Below are positions 42,489 through 54,817 of a stretch of DNA of 64,000 bases, in pieces. Position 1 is the stretch's first letter, and each line of letters starts with the position of its first letter. Both the position numbers and the translations under genes were made by a program. The stretch is from Octopus vulgaris (lineage: Eukaryota), in contig OX597821.1 in assembly GCA_951406725.2 (NCBI GenBank), positions 69,626,001-69,690,000 of the forward strand, in the 5' to 3' direction. The notes under the pieces are model-generated. The model was not told the DNA's origin and searched no databases. It saw nothing but the letters and a program-made list of their open reading frames with translations.

Positions 42489-43156
42489 CAAGGAACGGCC
42501 ATAATAGGCCATTCACCCACTAGAAATAACAGCCAAAGATTCAACCGCAAAACAACATCAATTCCGCAAACCAGGAGAAAATTAAAAAAACATTTACCCT
42601 GTAGTTCCTTATACGATGCACCGTTTCATCTATTGTTTAATGGTAAACTAACCTGATTAAATTAAATCAAGCCAGTCTTCCATAGGCCGATAGATTCGTC
42701 AGTAAGAACAGCCAGATCGGAGCAGATATTTACACGAGGCACTTCTATCACTGTCTCGGCAATATCTGACCTAAAATTTTCAAATCATCGCACTCGCGCC
42801 AAATTTATCGGCAGCAAATATAAGCCGCCGATTCCATTACGGAATTAACCAGAAAATTCATAATTAATCAATATAGGGTGGCAAAAAATTTCGTAGAATT
42901 TTTTTTTTTTTGCCACCAGCGGCCTAGTGGGAAAAAGTTAAATAGTCATAGACCATTTGTAAATTCAACAGCAAAATCAAGGAACGGCCATAATAGGCCA
43001 TTCACCCACTAGAAATAACAGCCAAAGCTTCAACCGCAAAACAACATCAATTCCGCAAACCAGGAGAAAATTAAAAAAACATTTACCCTGTAGTTCCTTA
43101 TACGATGCACCGTTTCATCTATTGTTTAATGGTAAACTAACCTGATTAAATTAAAT
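42484..43156 (-). mobile_element. Retrozyme-like element: 489-bp unit present about 1.4 times, flanked by (TA)n
   Basis: 42484-42667 equals 42973-43156 (183/184 identical); no ORF in the track; contains a hammerhead motif. Confidence 0.8.
42604..42709 (-). ncRNA. Type I hammerhead ribozyme with extended stem II
   Basis: guucuua-CUGACGA-aucuau-[56 nt hairpin]-auagau-GAA-acggugcaucgu-A-uaaggaac. All core residues present and stems I, II and III can pair. Predicted cleavage after GUA, between 42612 and 42611. Confidence 0.9.
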
Positions 43157-43191
43157 ATATATATATTAAATTAAATATATATATATTAAAT

Positions 43192-43237
<46 letters not shown>

Positions 43238-43562
43238 TACATATATGTATATATATATATACACACACACACGCATATATATATATATATACATATATAT
43301 TTACATGCATACATACATACATGTGCACATATGTGTATGTTTATGGGTGCTTATATACGTACATGTATACACGTCTATGTATGCTTAACTACATACATAA
43401 ATTCGTTTATACACACATAAACATACTTCTGTAATATAAATACACACACACACACACACATATAACTAGGTAGTGGTATATGTGTGTGTATGTATGTATG
43501 TATGTATGTATGTATGTATGTATGTATGTATGTATGTATGTATGTATGTATGTATGTATGTT

Positions 43563-43593
<31 letters not shown>

Positions 43594-43617
43594 GTACACG
43601 TGCGTGTGTGTGTATCT

Positions 43618-43648
<31 letters not shown>

Positions 43649-44467
43649 CATGTCTTATACAGTCATCTGGTGTGTATATAATTTATAATATACTCCACCT
43701 CATACAAAGACATAGTGTATATAATTGCATTGCATTGTTATTTTACATTTTATAATTTTCCCCCTGTTTTTTTTTTCTTTTGACAATTTCTTGTCCTTCT
43801 TGCCATTGTTAACGGAAGATATCCACTTGAAAAACAACAACAAAAACTGGCAACGACAATAAAAACAATAACAACAACGAGCAGAAAAGCGAAAACGAGC
43901 CAAATCATGTCGAAACCTCTTGTCGATGTGAACTAGCTTCATAGACTGAGATGCTTTTAATTAACGTGTGTTATATAGAACGCCAAACACTCTGCAAAAT
44001 ATAACAAGTTTGTGCCATATGGCTACTAAACTGCATGGACGTCATAACTAAAGAGATTTTATTTGATCAACTCCTCAATCTCAACTCTATGTATTTATCA
44101 CTTACATAACCTCGAGGCGTTCTCGAAGAGGATCTTCTGAGAGCCTGACTCTCACTGTAGATGCTTTTGTGTTGGTGTGTGTGTGTGTTTATTTCTGCTT
44201 GTATGCGTGGATGTATTTTGTGTTTAAGTGTATGTCTGCGTGCATTTTGTATTTACGTATGTGCGTGTGCTTGTTTCGTGTTTAAGTGTGTGTCTTATGT
44301 TCCAATGTGTGTGTGTGTGTGTGTCCATGTATTTCGTGTTTAAGTGTGTGTGTTTACGTGTTTTGTGTTTAAGTTTGTGTATGTGTTTCTCTGTGTGTGA
44401 GTGTGTGTGAATTTGTTTTGCCTTTAAGTGTGTGTCTGTGTGTTGTGTTTAACTGTGTGTGCGTTTA

Positions 44468-44511
<44 letters not shown>

Positions 44512-44675
44512 TGTGCGTTGTGTTTAAATGTGTTTGCGCGTATATCTGTAAGTCTGCATATGATTTGTGTTTAAACGAACTTGTTTGTATGTGCGTGTGT
44601 ACGTGTTTTGTGTATTGTGTTCAAGTATGTGTGTGTGTATGTGTGCGTGCGTGGGGCGTTTGCGTGTGTGTGTGT

Positions 44676-44717
<42 letters not shown>

Positions 44718-45621
44718 TGAATACAAATGAGTAAGTTTATCAGTCTGTGTGTATGTATTTGAGTATGAAAGTATATGTGTATGTGTGTGTTTGCGCATGC
44801 ATAACTCAGTGTTTGAATGTGTTTATACGCGGGTGTGTGTTTTCTTTGTATGTGTAAGAGACAGTGTGTTGACGCTTGCGTGAGTATATACGTCCGTCAA
44901 CATGTTTGTGGTTTTGTGAATGTAAGAGTGTATGTGTATGTCTAGTTGTGTGTGTGTGTGTGTGTGTGTGTAGATAGTCATTGACTATGTTTTTCCTACA
45001 ACCACCACCGTCACCGCCACCGTCGCCATCGCCGTCAGAGCCACCGCCGCCGCCGCCGCCACCCACCACCACCACCACAGTTATCGCTGTCACTGCTAAC
45101 ACCACCAGTGCCACCCCCACGACCAGGATCACCAACACCAGCACCACTTTCAATATCAGCATCATCAACGCACCATTATCATCAAAGCTACGATAAGCAC
45201 CACGACAACTCCTACCAAACACCCCCCCACACACGCTACCACCACCACCACCACCACTATCGCCACAAACACCACCACTCTCACCACTACCATCATCATC
45301 ATCATCATCGTTATAACCCCTACGCCCCACCCCACCTCCACCGTCACCACAAATATTACCACAAACTTTGAAGTGATTATCCGAAACATTATTATTTTCG
45401 CAATTACTGCTCGGCTGCTCCCCACCCCGGATACCAAAAAAATACAAAAAAAACTTCAACTCTTAATACCAACAACAACAATATGGCAATTATCTCTCCT
45501 CTCTATCTCTCCATACATACATACATACACACATACATACACACGCATATATACATACATACATACATACATACATACATACATACATACATACACACGC
45601 ATATATACATACATTCATACA

Positions 45622-45655
<34 letters not shown>

Positions 45656-46142
45656 CATATATACACACACATACACACACACATACATATATAGATATAT
45701 ACGAAAGATAGGGAAGAGATAATTCCAACATTATTGTTTATGTTGTCCGTATTATATATATACATACGTATATATATATGTGTGTGTGTGTGTGTTTATT
45801 TATGTATATGTATTATATGTGTGTGTATATATATATATATACATATACCTATAATACATATACATAAATACACAGACACACACATATATATATATATATG
45901 TATATATATATGTACATATATATGGATATGTATATTTACACACACATATATGTATGTATATGTGTGTATACATATATTGATTTAATCGCCATCATGTGAT
46001 GAGCATCGTTCTCATCAATTTCATTGCTGTTTTACATCATCCTCACATAATTCGTGAGTGGCTGATTGTTACCGCCATTTTCTCAAATCGAATCAAGCAT
46101 ACGCACATATAAATATATATAGAGATATGTACGATATATATC

Positions 46143-46247
<105 letters not shown>

Positions 46248-46628
46248 AGAGAAAGAGAGAGAGAGAGAGACACACACACAGAGAAGAGATAGATAGATGG
46301 ATAGATTATGAATATATACAAGCACAATACACACACAAAATACGAAAACAGAAAAAGAATGAAAAGCGAAATGCAAAAGCAAAACTCCTTGAACATTTGC
46401 AACTTACAGACATCATCAAATTAACACGATGACATCTGTGGTTATTGTTCTCCTACCCCCCCTCTTACCCCTCCCGCTCCTCCTCTTCGCCATCATCATC
46501 ATCATCATCATCATCACCATTCTTCCATACTCTGCGTAATTCTCCATCATTTTTTTTTCTTGTTATTTGCTCTTGTAATGTCCCATCATCCGTCGCTCTC
46601 CTGGCTAAAACGGTGAGACATTGATTGT

Positions 46629-46704
<76 letters not shown>

Positions 46705-46707
<3 letters not shown>

Positions 46708-46805
46708 GCCTTTCATCCTTTCGGTGTTGATGAATTAAGTACCAGTCGAGCACTGGGGTCAATTTAATTGGCTAGTCCCTTTCCACTAAAAATTATAGTA
46801 GAAAG
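46705..46805 (+). mobile_element. SINE family D 3' fragment
   Basis: ttgcctttcatcctttcgg...taagtaccagt...cactggggtc. Confidence 0.7.
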
Positions 46806-46806
46806 G

Positions 46807-46886
<80 letters not shown>

Positions 46887-47044
46887 CGTTATCACTTAAT
46901 TTACTTCTCAGAGTTCTCGTTCTTAATTGCTCTGACGATGATGATGATGATGATGATCATCGTCATCATCATCATTATTGTTGTTGTTGTTATAGTGGTT
47001 GTGTTTTGATGATTCTTTAAATTCCTTTCTTGCGTGCGCGTGAG

Positions 47045-47081
<37 letters not shown>

Positions 47082-48159
47082 GCGTGTGTGTCTGTGTGTG
47101 TGTGTGTGTGTCTGTCCGTGTATGTGTGCGCGCGCTTGTTTTGTCTAGTTTCATAATTTGCATTGTACGGTAAACCCCGCCCCTTGCTCTTTTGCAAACC
47201 GTGGACTGTTTTAAAAACAATAACTTATAAGTAAACAACAGCAGCAACAAGAAGATCAACAACTGCCGAGACAACTTCTGCAATAACATCAACATTAACG
47301 GTAATAGTAAACAAAGAAAAAAAAAAAAAGAATTACTAATCGTAACAAGAGCATCAGTTAGCAATAAAAATTGTTATAATATGATATTAGTGACAATAGA
47401 GGTGTCAAGGCAACCCGAACCCCTCCCTCGCTCGCTCGCTCGCTCCCTCCCTCGCCGCTATCACCACTGCCAAGATGACAACGGCCTAAATACTACCGTT
47501 ACCACCACCACCACCACCGCCGCCGCCGCCGCCGCCGCCTTTATCGCCAAAAATTCAACAACAAAAGCAACGACAGTGTCAAAAAGAAATTCGTCACCAC
47601 AAACAGAATAACAACAACAGCCACAACAACATTCCTAAATTAACAACGAAAACACAAATAGCGGGAAGAAAAGAAAAACCACCACTGCCACTGTCACCGC
47701 CGTGGCCACCACTGCCACTGAAATGAACAGCAAAAACAACAATAGTGTCAAGAAGAAACCCACTACAAGAACAACAACAACAACAAAAAAAACAAATCTT
47801 CAGTGCCAAAACAGCACAAACATCAACAAAACAAAAAACAACAATACCACTATTAGTAGCACGACGACGACGACGACCACCACCAGCACCAACAACAACA
47901 ATAACAATAACAAACTGGAGAGCCTCTATGTTCCCAGTCCATCTTGTAAAAATAATCGCTTTCTTTTCTCTCTCTCCCTCTTTATCTCTCTCCCCCTCTC
48001 TCCCCCTCTCCGTTACAAATGAAGTCCACATTGGTGAATTAAACTTGATACAAGATGGCCATGGTTGGAAGTGTTTGGCTATAGATTTATTGTGATCAAA
48101 TCACAACCACCACAGAACCAAAAGTCTCCCAAAAGGATTAATTGCAACAATAACGAAAT

Positions 48160-48335
48160 GGTTCTTCGTCGGTTTCGACGGTGAGAATTCGATTGTTCGA
48201 TCAACTGAAACATCGTTCATTGAGTTAGCATTTAAATGGTTGAGTATTCCGCAGACATACATCCCTTAGCATAAACCCTAACGACATTTAGCATAACACG
48301 GTATGTGACATGACCGAACCTTTTATTTAGAGGTA
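48160..48335 (-). mobile_element. Highly degraded SINE family C fragment
   Basis: cgtcggtttcgacgg...tggttgagtattccgcagacat resembles the family C body. Confidence 0.5.
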
Positions 48336-48389
48336 CAATCCACCCGACAAGAACCCACAGTTTCACAAAGTTTTAATTGTCTCTACGTT

Positions 48390-49285
48390 TTGGTAAAAGG
48401 CACATGATAAGGACGTTACGCGCTGGGATCAAACACTTGGATACGAGACCGAGCGCAGTGTACTGGCATCGCAAGACCAAGCTTTGCCCGCGAACTGGAG
48501 GGCCAACCTTAGGAATGAGCAAGTGTCTCCGCTGTCCCGCATCTGCAATAGAATGGATGAAACTATCGCCCATATCACGAACGAATGCCGTAGACTTGCC
48601 TAAAGCCACTACAAGTCGTGGCAACACGATCAGGCAGCGAAAGTACTACATTGGAAACTGTGCGAAAAGTGGGGGCTAGAGAGAGGCAAGACGTGGTATG
48701 AGCACAAACAGCAGAGAGTGGCAGAGTCGGAGACCTGCAAAATTCTGTGGGATTTCTCATGCCAAACAGATTAGGTTCTAGAGCATAACAGACTGGACCT
48801 AATAGTGGTTGTGGACAAGGTGCACCATATATGCTATATGTTGATGTTGCATGCCCCTTTGACTCTCGACTAGTCAAGAAGGAAGGTGAAAAGACAGACA
48901 GACAGACAGACAGACAGGTAGACAGACAGACAGACAGACAGACAGATAGATAGATAGAAGATAGATAGATAGATAGATAGATAGAACCTTTTTAAGTACG
49001 AAGTTGCCCGTCTATGGAAAATGAAGAAGGTGAAGATAGTGCCAATTATTGTTGGGTCTTTGAGAAGAATATTAGAAGGCATCAAGAGGAATATTAAGGA
49101 AATTGGAATAGAGTGCCCAGCAGAACTGTTACAAAAGGTTTGTTTGTCTCCTCGGCACGGCCAGAATAATCAGCAAAGTATTAGATAGCTGAAAAGAACG
49201 GATAGCATGGTACCGTAGGCTGCAGGTAGTAGACCCGATACGCATGCAAGACTCCAGGGGTTCCAGCAAAACCTGTGATAAAGAG
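48390..49285 (+). mobile_element. R4/Dong-like 3' portion (CCHC plus endonuclease), same family as 16425-17015
   Basis: RICNRMDETIAHITNEC, KVLHWKLCEKWG, KILWDF, EVARLWKMKKVKIVPIIVGSL; colinear 3' UTR. Confidence 0.88.
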
Positions 49286-49344
49286 ATGATGATGACGATG
49301 ATGATGGTAATAATAATAATGATGATGATGATGATGATGATTGA

Positions 49345-50450
49345 TTTTCTTTTATTGGCCACAAAGGCCCAAGACATAGAGGACAATATCGATGGACGAA
49401 TTACAGCACACAAAAAGAAAAAAAAATAACAAAAACATGTGGTGTTAATATCAATCAAGGGGAGATAATACCACATTAAAGGATATAACAGAGGATACAT
49501 AAGAGAAAGTAGAGAAATCAATAATGAATAAAGAAATAGAATTTCCAATAGTGGGGCAGTCCACTTAGAGTAATTCTCTCACAAAGATCCCAAATTACTC
49601 TGCGATCCTCAAGGCACGACAAAATGCCCTCTTCTAGTTTCTTTCCTCCAGCTTAGAAAAGCATTTCCAGATTAGATCCATCCAGTCCCCCCTGTTTTGT
49701 CACTGTTGACTACCTCTTGATAAACACATTGGAAGGCAGCACCTCCCTCTCTACCCTCATCTTCCTCTTCAAATGATGTTTGAAGAACTGATAAGGGCTT
49801 GGCCAGATAACAAAGTTCCTGTCCTCAAATGTTTCAGACGGGTCCACCACACAGCCTCTTTTGCCACAGCCACTAAGCAGAGAATGATCTGCCTTTCTTC
49901 TCTCCTAAGGGAAGGTGGTGCGTCGATCTTCACTCGACATTCGGCAGGCAGCTGGATTCGTCTTACATACGACAACAGCTGCTCCACACAATCCCACAAT
50001 TCTCTAATACACGGGCCTGGAATTATTGCATCCAGGACGGTTTCATTCCCCTGCAAGCCTCTCGAGCACGTTCGGCTGTTGGCACTTCCATACCTGAAGA
50101 TTGTCTCGAACTGGCAATACCCTTCTGTATCACTGCCATACCAAAGACTTTTGGAAATTGTCCATGATCTTCGACCCGAAGGTCCTCTGGAAGAGACTAC
50201 CCAGACTGTTAACGTCGATGCCTAGATCCGATCCAGGGTCATCATCACTCATACCCTCAACTAGCGCCCCCTATAGAAATCTTGGGTTGTTTCCCCGCAA
50301 ACGGTTTTGGGAAGCTGGTACAATGTAGTCAGTGCCTGGCAAGATTCTAGATGCCAAACGCCCAACCTTGGTCTACGTTTGAGCCATGACAGCAGCCTTG
50401 TCAATGAGATGAGCTACGGAAAGACATGTCGCATGAAAGACGCCCACACC
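49345..50450 (-). mobile_element. Tx1/L1-like LINE 3' portion
   Basis: Zinc-finger-like remnant TCSRGLQGNETVLDAII...IRELW, AVAKEAVWWTR; T-rich 3' UTR with AATAAA running into (ATC)n. Confidence 0.7.
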
Positions 50451-51289
50451 AGTTCAGTCATAGAACAATAGAACTGAAAATGCGGTGACTGTTATAACAG
50501 TGAACCAATGTCGCTCGACTTACTACGAGTGATTAACCTTTGTTCCACCTGTAGTCTTATGTCAAATGTCTGAACAAAATTGGGCAAGCACAACTTGGAC
50601 ACCTTTGAACGTAGACTAACTTGCTTAGGACTAACGTGGGGTTATATAACAATAGCATTAACATGAACACCTAACCTCCACGTCAGTGACCGCAACAACA
50701 ACAACAACCAGAACATGGACGAGTCACTGAGAAAGTCTCTACGCAGTCGCCCGTCTTCCAAGAATGCGAGAAGATGCAACCAAATTTTCTTTAAGTACCA
50801 CCATGTCGATTTGTAATCTTGGCAAATATAAAGGATGAACTATTTCTTAATAAAATAAGACAGGATGGTCATTTCTGGAATGTAGCAGGCGAATCATATT
50901 TCCTCGACCAAGAATGACCGCCATTAGAAAATTACTTGCGCTACAAACTTACACAAATCCACTCTAAAAACCCAAGGAATTCTTAATGTCTTGCAAAGTT
51001 TATAAAATACTTCTACGTGATGCCTAGAAATAGCAGCTAAACATAACTGAAATCACTCACTAGAATATTTTTATACTGCATCTGCACAATAGACGGAAAC
51101 GTCAAAACGGAAATGTCTTTGTCCACAGATATGATCAGGGGTGGCGTGGGTTAAACAGTTGATACTAATCTGTAGTGTTGCAGATTTTCATGCTGCTTTT
51201 TCTACTTACATTATGTGTGTGCGAATGTATGTATGTATGTATGTATGTATGTATGTATGTATGTATGTATGTATGTATGTATGTATGTA

Positions 51290-51513
51290 TAGCTAGCAGA
51301 AATGTTAGCGCGCCGGGCGAAATGCTTAGCGGTATTTCGTCTGCCGTTACGTTCTGAGTTCAAATTCCGCCGAGGTCGACTTTGCCTTTCATCCTTTCGG
51401 GGTCGATTAAATAAGTACCAGTTACGCACTGGGGTCGATGTAATCGACTTAATCCGTGTGTCTGTCCTTGTTTGTCCCCTCTGTGTTTAGCCCCTTGTGG
51501 GTAGTAAAGAAAT
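51290..51513 (+). mobile_element. SINE family D, near-intact copy
   Basis: agctagcagaaatgttagc head, gagttcaaattcc B-box-like; matches 62385-62605 in reverse. Confidence 0.9.
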
Positions 51514-51554
51514 ATATGTATTTATGTGTCTCTTCTATTTTATAATTATTATAA

Positions 51555-52850
51555 ATTTTCTACTGAGGACGGAGCCCGTTTCCAACAAAGATACATGGCT
51601 CCATCTTTGAGATGTAGTTGTTAACATAGACAAATTCACATTTGGAACTTGAGAAGTCTTGCATATTTTTACTGTTCCACTCACAGTTTAGACATGTACG
51701 AATCAGCTGGTCGGTTTCTCTTTCTGAAAATCCCAGTTTATCCAGATTCTCCTTTAAGCATTTACTAACAAAACCTAGTGATTCAATTATTATTGGAATG
51801 AATAGGAATTCATAGTCTGGATATAGCAGCTGGAGGTTTCGAAGCAGTTGTCCGTAGATATCCTCATTTTCTTTGATTTTCAAAGAGATATTTATATCTG
51901 CCAGGCAGCTAACCTCTATGATGGTACATGCATTTGCCCTCTGTCCCAAACAACAATATCCAGCCTGTTATGCTTATATTTGACAGAAGTTTTGATGGGA
52001 ATATTCCACCAGAATTCTTTGAGTTGGTGTTTATGAATGTATTCCATAACAGAGTAATTTTCTAAGTTTTTTTAAGGACACTATTTTTTTTTTTTGCGGA
52101 TGGCATTGTAAATTGATTTAGCAACAACATGGTGCTGCATAGGGAGGTAGTGCTGTGACGACATTTTAGGACAGCTGCTAATCACATGCGTAATGTCTTC
52201 CACAAAAACATGACATAGCCTACACATTCGGTTGCACCATGGAATTACAAGAGTGTCACTGTCTCTCTTGTTCACCAGGCACTTTGTGGCAATCTCCTGT
52301 TCAAGGATTGCAGACGGATAGACTTCAAAGTGTGACGTGATGCAGTGATATTGTGTCCAAGAGAGGCTGATCTTCGTGTCAATTCTACTGTCGTCTTCAA
52401 GCTTCCGGTCAACATGCCGATGCATGGTCTTTTTTTGTTGTATACTGAGTGCTTTCCATCCAGGTCTTCTGTGAGGAAAGCAGCTATTTTGGGGTTGTAT
52501 AGAAGATCATCAGGAAGAGTTTTTCTTGAGGTGTTCACTGCCAACTCGTACAATATTGCTCACTTCATTTTTCAGGACTGCATTGATATAATTATTTTTG
52601 CTGCTCTTGTTTAGCAGGCGCTGCCTGAGTGATACCACACAGCATTCGAAGGCCGTCTGTACTGATCTCAGGCCTCTACCACATTCATTTCTTCTTAGGT
52701 AGAGCCTGTCAACATCACAGTTTCTGTGGAAGTTCCAAGTTGTTGTCAGGATTTTGCGGGTTTTGATATCTATGGAGTGGATTTCCTCTGCAGATCAATC
52801 AAGTATCCCAAATGTTGGTATCAACACTTGGTACTGCATATTTTCCTAAT
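51555..52850 (-). mobile_element. R4-like retrotransposon with restriction-like endonuclease, copy 1
   Basis: DVDRLYLRRNECGRGL, CRLCHVFVEDITHVISSC, IIEVSC, IPIIIESLG. Confidence 0.85.
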
Positions 52851-52877
52851 TCTGGTGTAATATTCTCGGGTCACTAC

Positions 52878-52908
<31 letters not shown>

Positions 52909-53141
52909 TGTATGTATGTATGTATGTATGTATGTATGTATGTATGTATGTATGTATGTATGTATGTATGTATGAATGTATGTATGATTTTACATTTGAG
53001 TTTTATTTAAGTTCTTCTTGAGATAGTTCCAGTGGGTTGCTGACAAAAGTACAAGACATTTTGAGTTAAGAGAGTTCCCGGTGTTCATAAATACGTGGTT
53101 GAGATGGTGTGTTGGTTGACCTGTTGATGCATACACCCAAG

Positions 53142-53142
<1 letters not shown>

Positions 53143-53173
<31 letters not shown>

Positions 53174-53219
53174 TGTATGTATGTATGTATGTATGTATGT
53201 ATGTATGTATGTATGTATG

Positions 53220-53251
<32 letters not shown>

Positions 53252-53486
53252 TGTATGTATGTATGTATGTATGCATGTATGTCTGTATGTGTGTATGTAT
53301 GTATGCATGTATGTATGTATGTATGTATGTATGTATGTATGTATGTATGTATGTATGTATGTATGTATGTATGTATGTATGTATGTATGTGTGTGTGTAT
53401 GTCTGTATGTATGCATGTATGTATGTTTGTATGTATGTATGTATGTATGTATGTATGTATGTATGTGTGTGTGTATGTATGTATGT
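53143..53486. repeat. (TATG)n array
   Basis: Direct reading. Confidence 0.97.
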
Positions 53487-53869
53487 TCTTTTCTGTTTTT
53501 AACCATTTAAATTCTTCGTTTGAAGAAGGAGATCGTTTCTAACAAAGTTACAAAGCTCCATCATTTGAAGGTAGGTAACGAAAATAAAGTCAGATTTTAA
53601 ACCCGAGAAAGTACTTGCATAGTTTTATTGTGCCGCTTACAAATTGTATTGTTATGTACGAGTCTGTTGGTTGATTTCTTTTTATGAAAATCCAAGCATA
53701 TCCAGCCTGATAGTTAGAACAGTTAGACAATTACAAAACCAAATGCACCGATTTATTATTGAGATAAATGAAAATTTTTAATCGGGAAATAGAAGCTGGA
53801 GGTTTGGAAACAGTTGTCCATAGTTATCTTCTTTCTCTTTGATTTTCTTAGAGGTATTCACATCAATAG

Positions 53870-54211
53870 TGAAGGCGCATGGCTCAGTGGTTAGAGCGTC
53901 GAGCTTACGATCGTGAGGTTGTGAGCTCGAATCCCGGACCGGGCTGCGTGTTGTGTTCTTGAGCAAGGCACTTTATTTCACGTTGCTCCAGTTCACTCAG
54001 CTGTAGAAATGAGTTGCGACGTCACTGGTGCCAAGCTGTATCGACCTTTGTCTTTCCCTTGGATAACACTGGTGGCGTGGAGAGGGAGGCTGGTATGCAT
54101 GGGCGACTGCTGGTCTTCCATAAACAACCTTGCCCGGACTTGTGTCTAGGAGGGTAACTTTCTAGATGCAATCCCATGGTCATTCATGACCGAAGGGGGT
54201 CTTTACCCTTT
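53870..54211 (+). mobile_element. Full-length tRNA-derived SINE family B with 15-bp TSD
   Basis: A-box tggctcagtgg, B-box-like gagctcgaatccc; TSD tattcacatcaatag at 53855-53869 and 54212-54226. Confidence 0.95.
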
Positions 54212-54519
54212 TATTCACATCAATAGGACAGCTGAACTCTATGACAGCATATTCTCTTTCTTGTCTGGCCCAAACAATAACACACAGACTGCCATGCTTA
54301 CACTTGGCAAAAGTTTTGATGGTAATATTCCACCTTGTGCTGATATTTCTGTACGTATTCAAGAACAGGAGAATTCTCCATATTCATTTCAGGAGAGTCT
54401 TTTTTCCTGATGTTATTGTGTTTTGTTTTCGTGACAAAGTCGTATCGCATAGGGAGGTCGTACCTTCATGACATTTTGTGGGAAGCTGCTAATCAAATGC
54501 CTGATGTCTTATACAGTAA

Positions 54520-54817
54520 TCTTTATATATAAAAGGGAAGTTTGTGTCTGTCTCCTACGATTTAGATTCCTAACTACTCCCACATTTTGCGGCGCAGTTT
54601 AACCAAAATCGGGTATCGTATTGTCGTGATTCATATCGAGCCCTTCTGGATATTAACGCGCGTCTACGATGAGTCTACGATTTAAAAAAAAAATTACCAT
54701 CATTTTTTCCCATTTCTAATGCATTTTTTTGCTATTATATAAGGGAAGTAACTCTCTAAAAATGCTTATATAGTTATTTCCCTTACAAACCCGAGCAACG
54801 CCGGGCGATACTGCTAG
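54520..54817 (+). mobile_element. Non-autonomous Helitron (298 bp)
   Basis: A|TCTTTATATATAAAA 5' end; 3' hairpin cccg-agcaacgc-cggg then CTAG|T; no TSD; the host LINE rejoins cleanly. Confidence 0.9.

Noticed and set aside
44806-45459. Gly-rich, Pro/Thr-rich and His-rich ORFs
   Set aside because: Mosaic of CCA/CCG/CAT trinucleotide repeats; no domain or splice evidence.
53870-53945. tRNA-like sequence
   Set aside because: It is the head of a multi-copy SINE with a body and TSD, not a tRNA gene.
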